NCBI GenBank assembly: GCA_963801355.1
Contig: CAWDEM010000008.1
Coordinates: 2,784,001-2,848,000 of the forward strand
DNA length: 64,000 nucleotides
Direction of reading: 5' to 3'
Origin: Ignavibacteriota bacterium
Lineage (GTDB): Bacteria; Bacteroidota; Ignavibacteria; UBA10030; UBA6906
A program made the position numbers and the translations under genes. The notes under the pieces were generated by a model, which was not told the origin of the DNA, made no database searches, and saw only the letters and a program-made list of their open reading frames with translations. Positions 58,460 through 64,000 of the stretch are shown piece by piece (positions within the stretch are counted from its first letter, which is position 1; each line of letters starts with the position of its first letter).

Positions 58460-59583
58460 TGCTTGTTCAGGAGAGCGTGAATTTTTCCCTCGAGGCTTCT
58501 ATGCAGCCCGTCGAATGACTTTTCGAAGGATGCGACTCCCTCGGCCTCGAGACGGTCCAGCACTTCATCCATGCGTATTCCTGCTTCTGCGAGCGCCTGG
58601 AGCACCGAGGCCGCTTCCCAGGGATCGGACTCAATTGACAGGCGGGGGCTGCAATGATCCAGAATCGCATCAAAGGTCTGCGGGGGAACCGTATTGACGG
58701 TAAACGGACCGATGAGCGGTTCGACATACAGCAGATCGCTGTACGCCGGGTTCTTTGTTCCGGTGCTTCCCCACAGGGGTCGCTGGAGCGCGGCCCCCTG
58801 CTTCTGCAATGCGGCAAACCGGGGCGAGCCGAACACCTCCTTAAAGGCCTGATAGATAGCCTTTGTGTTTGCCACCGCAGCTTTCCCCGGGAGACGCGCG
58901 ATGCCCGCGGCACCGGCGCCCCGCGTGAGCCGTTCTTCAAGCAGGGCATCCACCAGCGTATCGATACGGCTGACAAACACGCTCGCCACAGAGGCAACAT
59001 GACTCACCGAACCGCCCGCCTGCAGCCGTCGCTCCAGCCCCGTCATATATGCATCGGCAACCTGGCGGTACCGTTGTTCGGAAAAGATCAGCGTCACGTT
59101 GATATTGATGCCTTCGCTGATCGCCTGCGCAACTGCAGGCAGCCCTTCGCGCGTGGCGGGGATCTTGATCATGACATTCGGGCGGTCTACCAGTGCCCAG
59201 AGTTCCCGCACTTCAATCACCGTCGCCGTTTCATCGTGCGCCTTGGTCGGCGTCACTTCGATGCTCACATAGCCGTCCTGTCCGTGTGTCTTCGCGTACA
59301 CAGGTGACAGAACGTCCGCCGCGGCGCGGATATCTTCGACCATGAGAGCGCGGATGACATCCGGCGCCGTGATCCCGGGTGACTGCCGCACGAGAGCAGC
59401 GATCTGGACGTCGTAGTCTTTGCTTCCGGAAATCGCCTTGTCAAAGATTGTCGGATTGGACGTCACTCCCAGCAACCCCTCGTCCACCATCCGCCGGAGA
59501 CCGCCTCCCGTCAGGAGTGAGCGGTTGATGTTGTCGAACCAGATGCTCTGGCCGAGATGGGCCAGCTGATATAAGCGGTTCAT
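58456..59583 (-). CDS. tal: Transaldolase
   Basis: GQSIWFDNI, GVTSNPTIF, MIKIPAT, SVASVFVSRID. Confidence 0.95.
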   Translation of the reverse strand: MNRLYQLAHLGQSIWFDNINRSLLTGGGLRRMVDEGLLGVTSNPTIFDKAISGSKDYDVQIAALVRQSPGITAPDVIRALMVEDIRAAADVLSPVYAKTHGQDGYVSIEVTPTKAHDETATVIEVRELWALVDRPNVMIKIPATREGLPAVAQAISEGININVTLIFSEQRYRQVADAYMTGLERRLQAGGSVSHVASVASVFVSRIDTLVDALLEERLTRGAGAAGIARLPGKAAVANTKAIYQAFKEVFGSPRFAALQKQGAALQRPLWGSTGTKNPAYSDLLYVEPLIGPFTVNTVPPQTFDAILDHCSPRLSIESDPWEAASVLQALAEAGIRMDEVLDRLEAEGVASFEKSFDGLHRSLEGKIHALLNKQ

Positions 59584-59601
59584 GCACTCCTCATTCCTGA
59601 T

Positions 59602-60051
59602 TCACCGTTGCAGCCGTTCGATATCGATCACCTTCTGCAGACGCCGCACATGGCGGTCTTCATAGGAAAAACTCGCACCGAGGAACACATGCACAAGCTC
59701 CATGGCGAGATGTGTGCCGACCACGCGGGAACCGAGACACAGGACGTTGATGTCGTCGTGCTCAACGCCCTGGCGCGCAGAATAGGTATCATGGCAGAGG
59801 CCGGCACGGATTCCTTTGATTTTGTTCGCCGCGACACTCGCACCCACGCCGCTTCCGCACACGAGCAATCCGCGATCAGCCTGACCCGCGTTGAGTGCTT
59901 CGCCCAGTATTCTCGCAAAATCCGGATAGTCCGACGGTGTCTCGTCGAAGCACCCGAGATCCCTGACTTCCATCCCTGCCGCTTTGAGCCGTTCCAGGAT
60001 GTACTGCTTCAGCCGGAATCCGGCGTGATCGCCCGCGATTGCCACCTTCAT
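59602..60051 (-). CDS. rpiB: Ribose-5-phosphate isomerase B
   Basis: DHAGFRLK, CGSGVGASVAANKIKGIRA, RHVRR. Confidence 0.96.
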   Translation of the reverse strand: MKVAIAGDHAGFRLKQYILERLKAAGMEVRDLGCFDETPSDYPDFARILGEALNAGQADRGLLVCGSGVGASVAANKIKGIRAGLCHDTYSARQGVEHDDINVLCLGSRVVGTHLAMELVHVFLGASFSYEDRHVRRLQKVIDIERLQR

Positions 60052-60084
60052 GCGATTGCCCTTTTCGCTGCGTCCACGATTGCA

Positions 60085-62094
60085 TCAATCGGTTATCCCG
60101 AAGCCGGTGAACAAGGCTTCGGCCGGCGCCGATGCGCCGAAGGATGACATGCCGACAAATTTCCCCTGCGCGCCAATGTACCGCTCCCACCCCATACGTA
60201 CGCCGGCCTCGATGCCCACACGGGCGCTGATTTCCGGCGGGAGCACGACGTCGCGATAGGCTCGTGACTGCCGTTCAAACAGTTCCCACGATGGCATGCT
60301 GACCACGCGTGCTGAAATGTCCTCCGCGGCAAGACGATCGTACGCCTGCATGGCCAGACCCACTTCCGATCCCGTGGCGATCAACAGCACCTGCGGGTTC
60401 ATCCCGCTTGCCAGAATGTACGCACCGCGTTCAAGATTGTCTGCCGACGCGTACCGGTTACGATCAATCACAGGAACCTTCTGCCGGGTCAATGCAATTG
60501 CCACGGGCCCGTTGCGGTGTTCCAGTGCAAATTTCCACGCGGCGGCGGTCTCGGTGGCGTCTGCCGGCCTCAGAACAACGATACCCGGCATCGCACGCAA
60601 CGACGCAAACTGCTCCACTGCCTGATGCGTCGGACCATCCTCGCCAAGACCGATGCTGTCATGGGTGTACACGAAAATCACGGGATAGTGCGACACCGCT
60701 GCAAGGCGGACCGCCCCGCGCATGTAGTCCAGGAAGACAAAAAAGGTCGCGCCGTAGGGTATCAGCATATCACTCAACGCAATGCCATTCAGGATTGCCC
60801 CCATCGCGTGTTCGCGCACGCCGAAGCGTAGATAACGGCCGGATGGATTGTCACGGCTGAAGTCAATTGCACCTTTGAACCGCGTGTTGTTTGACGGGGT
60901 CAGGTCGGCTGAGCCGCCGATCACGAGGGGCAGCTTTGGCATGATGGCATCTAGCACCTTTCCCTGGGCCTCGCGTGTGGCCATAGGGGTTGCCGGCTCG
61001 AACTTCGGCACTGACGTGCGCCAGATCTCCGTCCATTGCTCGGGCAATTTGCGCTCCGCGGCGCGGGTGAACTCCCGGGCAAGCTCCGGATGGGCCAGTG
61101 CATAGCGTCCGAAGAGCGACTTCCATTCGTCTTCCGCATGCGCACCCCGCGGTACCGCTTCACGGAAATGCGTCAGCACGTCCGCCGGTATGTGAAATTT
61201 CAGCGCGGGATCCCATCCGTAACTCTGCTTCGTCAGCGACACTTCCTCGTCTCCAAGCGGCGACCCGTGTACTTCCGCCGTGTCCTGTTTGTGCGGACTC
61301 CCGAATCCGATGTGCGTCCGGATCTTGATAAGACAGGGACGGTTCTTCTCCGCCCGGGCCGCAATAATCGCCCCTTCGATCGTTGCAAGGTCATTCCCGT
61401 CGCCCCCGACTGTTTGCACGAACCACCCGTATGCCTCAAATCGCCGGGCCACATCTTCGGTGAAGGAAAGGGTCGTAGGGCCGTCGATGGAGATCCTGTT
61501 GTCATCGTACAGGACGATGAGTTTGTTCAATCCGAGATGCCCCGCGAGTGATGACGCTTCGGAGGAGATCCCTTCCATCATGCAGCCGTCGCCGGCGATG
61601 ACATAGGTACGGTAGTCCAGCAGCGGAAACCCCTCGCGATTGAAATACGCGGAGAGGTACCGTTCGGCAATCGCCATCCCGACCGCAGTGGCAATACCCT
61701 GGCCGAGGGGACCCGTGGTTGCTTCGACGCCCGGCGTATGACCGTACTCCGGATGCCCCGGGGTCTTGCTTCCCCACTGCCGGAAATTCTTGATGTCGTC
61801 AAGCGAGAGGTCATACCCGGTCAGATGCAGCAATCCGTACAGGAGCATGCACCCATGGCCGGCGGAGAGCACGAAGCGGTCGCGGTTGGCCCAGCGGGGA
61901 TTTGCGGGGTTGTGCCGCAGATGCCTGGTCCAGAGCGTGTACGCCGCCGGAGCCATTCCCATGGGCATCCCCGGATGGCCTGATCTGGCTTTCTGGATAG
62001 CGTCAATTGCCAGACAGCGCAGCGTTGTGATACTTTGTGCATCGAGTTCAGATTGGTGGGGATGGCGCGGGATAATAGGAGTGTCAGCGGGCAC
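60085..62094 (-). CDS. tkt: Transketolase (apparent 1-nt frameshift near the 3' end)
   Basis: [31 protein letters not shown]; probable GTG start 62094; the expected C-terminal helix continues in another frame to 60048. Confidence 0.95.
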   Translation of the reverse strand: MPADTPIIPRHPHQSELDAQSITTLRCLAIDAIQKARSGHPGMPMGMAPAAYTLWTRHLRHNPANPRWANRDRFVLSAGHGCMLLYGLLHLTGYDLSLDDIKNFRQWGSKTPGHPEYGHTPGVEATTGPLGQGIATAVGMAIAERYLSAYFNREGFPLLDYRTYVIAGDGCMMEGISSEASSLAGHLGLNKLIVLYDDNRISIDGPTTLSFTEDVARRFEAYGWFVQTVGGDGNDLATIEGAIIAARAEKNRPCLIKIRTHIGFGSPHKQDTAEVHGSPLGDEEVSLTKQSYGWDPALKFHIPADVLTHFREAVPRGAHAEDEWKSLFGRYALAHPELAREFTRAAERKLPEQWTEIWRTSVPKFEPATPMATREAQGKVLDAIMPKLPLVIGGSADLTPSNNTRFKGAIDFSRDNPSGRYLRFGVREHAMGAILNGIALSDMLIPYGATFFVFLDYMRGAVRLAAVSHYPVIFVYTHDSIGLGEDGPTHQAVEQFASLRAMPGIVVLRPADATETAAAWKFALEHRNGPVAIALTRQKVPVIDRNRYASADNLERGAYILASGMNPQVLLIATGSEVGLAMQAYDRLAAEDISARVVSMPSWELFERQSRAYRDVVLPPEISARVGIEAGVRMGWERYIGAQGKFVGMSSFGASAPAEALFTGFGITD

Positions 62095-62168
62095 GTTGTC
62101 AGGTCCAGGGGAAATGGGTGTTTGTGGTGGTAACAACTATATCAAAAAACGGAAAAAATGCGAGAGTT

Positions 62169-63839
62169 TCAATTGCCGGAGTGCGAACGGACAAACGCCA
62201 GCAGCCCGAGCGTGGACGCGTCGTGTCCGGACGGTTCGGCCGGTGATGTGATCTCAGCAAGAATCGTCTTCGCCAACTGTTTGCCGAGTTCCACTCCCCA
62301 CTGGTCAAATGAATTAACGGACCAGAGAACCCCCTGCACAAAGATCTTGTGTTCGTACAGTGCAATCAGCGACCCCAGGGTATGCGGCGTGAGCTGTGTG
62401 AACACCATTGTCGTGGTCGGCCGGTTGCCGGGGAACACTTTGTGCGGGAGCAGGCGCTCGAGCTGCTCTCCGGCGACTCCCGCGCGCTGGAGCTCCTGGC
62501 GGGCCTCAGCTTCGGTCTTTCCGCGCATCAACGCTTCAGTCTGCGCAAAGCAATTCGCCAGCAGGATGGCGTGATGATTGCCGATCGGGTTGTGGCTGAT
62601 CACGGGTACGAGAAAATCCGACGGAATAAGTTGAGTGCCCTGATGCAGCAACTGGAAGAACGCGTGCTGGCCGTTGGTCCCGGGTTCCCCCCAGATCACC
62701 GGCCCGGTGGCATAGTCCACCACCGTGCCATCGCGTGTCACCCGCTTCCCGTTGCTTTCCATGTCTGCCTGTTGCAGATAGGCGGGAAACCGGTGAAGAT
62801 ACTGGTCGTACGGCAGGATGGCATGACTGGCGGCACCGAAGAAGTTGGTGTACCAGATCCCGATCAGCGCGAGAATCACCGGAGCATTCCGTTCGATGGG
62901 GCTGGCGCGGAAATGTTCGTCCATCGCATGCGCGCCGGCAAGAAGCTCCTCAAAGCGACCCATCCCCACAGCCAGCGCGATGGGAAGCCCGATCGCGGAC
63001 CAGAGCGAGTACCGCCCGCCCACCCAGTCCCAGAATTCGAACATGTTCCTTGCATCGATGCCGAACCGCTCGACCTCACGAGTGTTTGTCGAAAGTGCCA
63101 CAAAGTGACGGGCAACCCCGGCCTGCGTTCCCCCTCCGGACAGAAACCATTCTTTGGCGGAGTGAGCGTTGGTGAGGGTTTCCTGGGTCGTAAACGTCTT
63201 GGACGCAATAATAAAGAGTGTCGTATCAGCTTCCACCTTTTTGAGTGTCTCGGCCAGGTGCGTGCCGTCAACATTTGAGACGAAGTGCACCCGGAGCGAC
63301 GGCGTCGCATACGCCCGCAACGCTTCAGTGACCATCACCGGCCCCAGATCGGAACCCCCGATACCGATATGGACGACATCGGTGATGCGTTTCCCCGTAT
63401 GACCTTTCCAGGCACCCCCCCGCACCTCCGCCACGAAGGAGCGCATATGCTCCAGGACGGCGTTCACATCGGGCATCACATCCTTCCCGTGGACGTAGAT
63501 CGGGCGGTTGCTCCGGTTCCGGAGCGCGATATGCAACACGGAACGCCCTTCGGTGAAATTGACGGGCTCGCCGGCAAACATCCGTTCGCGCCACTCTTCA
63601 ACCTGCCCCGCACGCGCCATCGCACAGAGGAGTCGCAGCGTCTCTTCTGTCATGATGTGCTTCGAGTAGTCGATGAGGATGTCTTCGAAACGAAGGGAGA
63701 ATTTTCCGAAACGATCCGGATCCGCGCTGAAGAGGTCGCGCATATGGCTCGATGCAAGTGCACGCCGGTGCGCTTCAAGCGCGCGCCAGGAGTCGGCAAG
63801 AGCATGTGGTGGCATGGTGGTCGGGTGCGTAGTGGTCAC
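62169..63839 (-). CDS. pgi: Glucose-6-phosphate isomerase
   Basis: [36 protein letters not shown]. Confidence 0.97.
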   Translation of the reverse strand: MTTTHPTTMPPHALADSWRALEAHRRALASSHMRDLFSADPDRFGKFSLRFEDILIDYSKHIMTEETLRLLCAMARAGQVEEWRERMFAGEPVNFTEGRSVLHIALRNRSNRPIYVHGKDVMPDVNAVLEHMRSFVAEVRGGAWKGHTGKRITDVVHIGIGGSDLGPVMVTEALRAYATPSLRVHFVSNVDGTHLAETLKKVEADTTLFIIASKTFTTQETLTNAHSAKEWFLSGGGTQAGVARHFVALSTNTREVERFGIDARNMFEFWDWVGGRYSLWSAIGLPIALAVGMGRFEELLAGAHAMDEHFRASPIERNAPVILALIGIWYTNFFGAASHAILPYDQYLHRFPAYLQQADMESNGKRVTRDGTVVDYATGPVIWGEPGTNGQHAFFQLLHQGTQLIPSDFLVPVISHNPIGNHHAILLANCFAQTEALMRGKTEAEARQELQRAGVAGEQLERLLPHKVFPGNRPTTTMVFTQLTPHTLGSLIALYEHKIFVQGVLWSVNSFDQWGVELGKQLAKTILAEITSPAEPSGHDASTLGLLAFVRSHSGN

Positions 63840-64000
63840 TGCGCCGGCGCAGTACGCTCCAGCGCTTCGAGCAGGATCGTGGGTGTCAGCACTTCGGGTA
63901 GAACAATGGGTTCATTCGGCCGGCCCGCCGGAAACAGCACATACAGGGGCACTCCCGAACGGCCGAACTTCGCGAGCATGCGGGTGATATCGGGATTGCG
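63836..64000 (-). CDS. 3' end of a DsbD-like thiol:disulfide interchange protein (thioredoxin domain)
   Basis: Manual translation [24 protein letters not shown]...PIVLPEVLT; stop overlaps the pgi GTG. Confidence 0.75.
   Translation of the reverse strand, partial: RNPDITRMLAKFGRSGVPLYVLFPAGRPNEPIVLPEVLTPTILLEALERTAPAQ

Overview
GC-rich bacterial chromosome segment, almost entirely minus-strand coded. The gene style suggests an Ignavibacteria/deep-Bacteroidota-like (FCB) organism (inference, not searched). 1-13.9 kb: flagellar basal body/hook operons (flgBC-orf-fliEFGHIJ-motE-like-fliK-flgD-TIGR02530-flgE-flbD, then fliLMNO). 14-34 kb: a dense signalling block with two Hpt-bearing hybrid kinases each coupled to a Cys-motif response regulator, an HDOD protein, REC-PAS proteins, a HisKA_2 kinase, an NtrB/NtrC-like pair and a NarL/LuxR regulator. 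34-38 kb: two sigma28-driven flagellin cassettes carrying alphaproteobacterial-type flagellins, FlaF, FlbT and two FlgM-like genes, ending at tRNA-Val. 38-64 kb: housekeeping genes (CnoX-like thioredoxin, aminotransferase, peptidases, ychF, TPR protein, tRNA-Gly, PPIase-like, LacI, CMD), three more HisKA_2 kinases and a pgi-tkt-rpiB-tal-ppgK operon. Most notable: a flagellar regulatory hierarchy readable from the DNA. It includes non-canonical sigma54 promoters (-12 GA/GG instead of GC) with a TGGCT-N6-AGCCA enhancer palindrome at identical spacing in two operons, and combines sigma28/FlgM control with FlaF/FlbT control. All assignments come from reading the sequence; no database searches were run.
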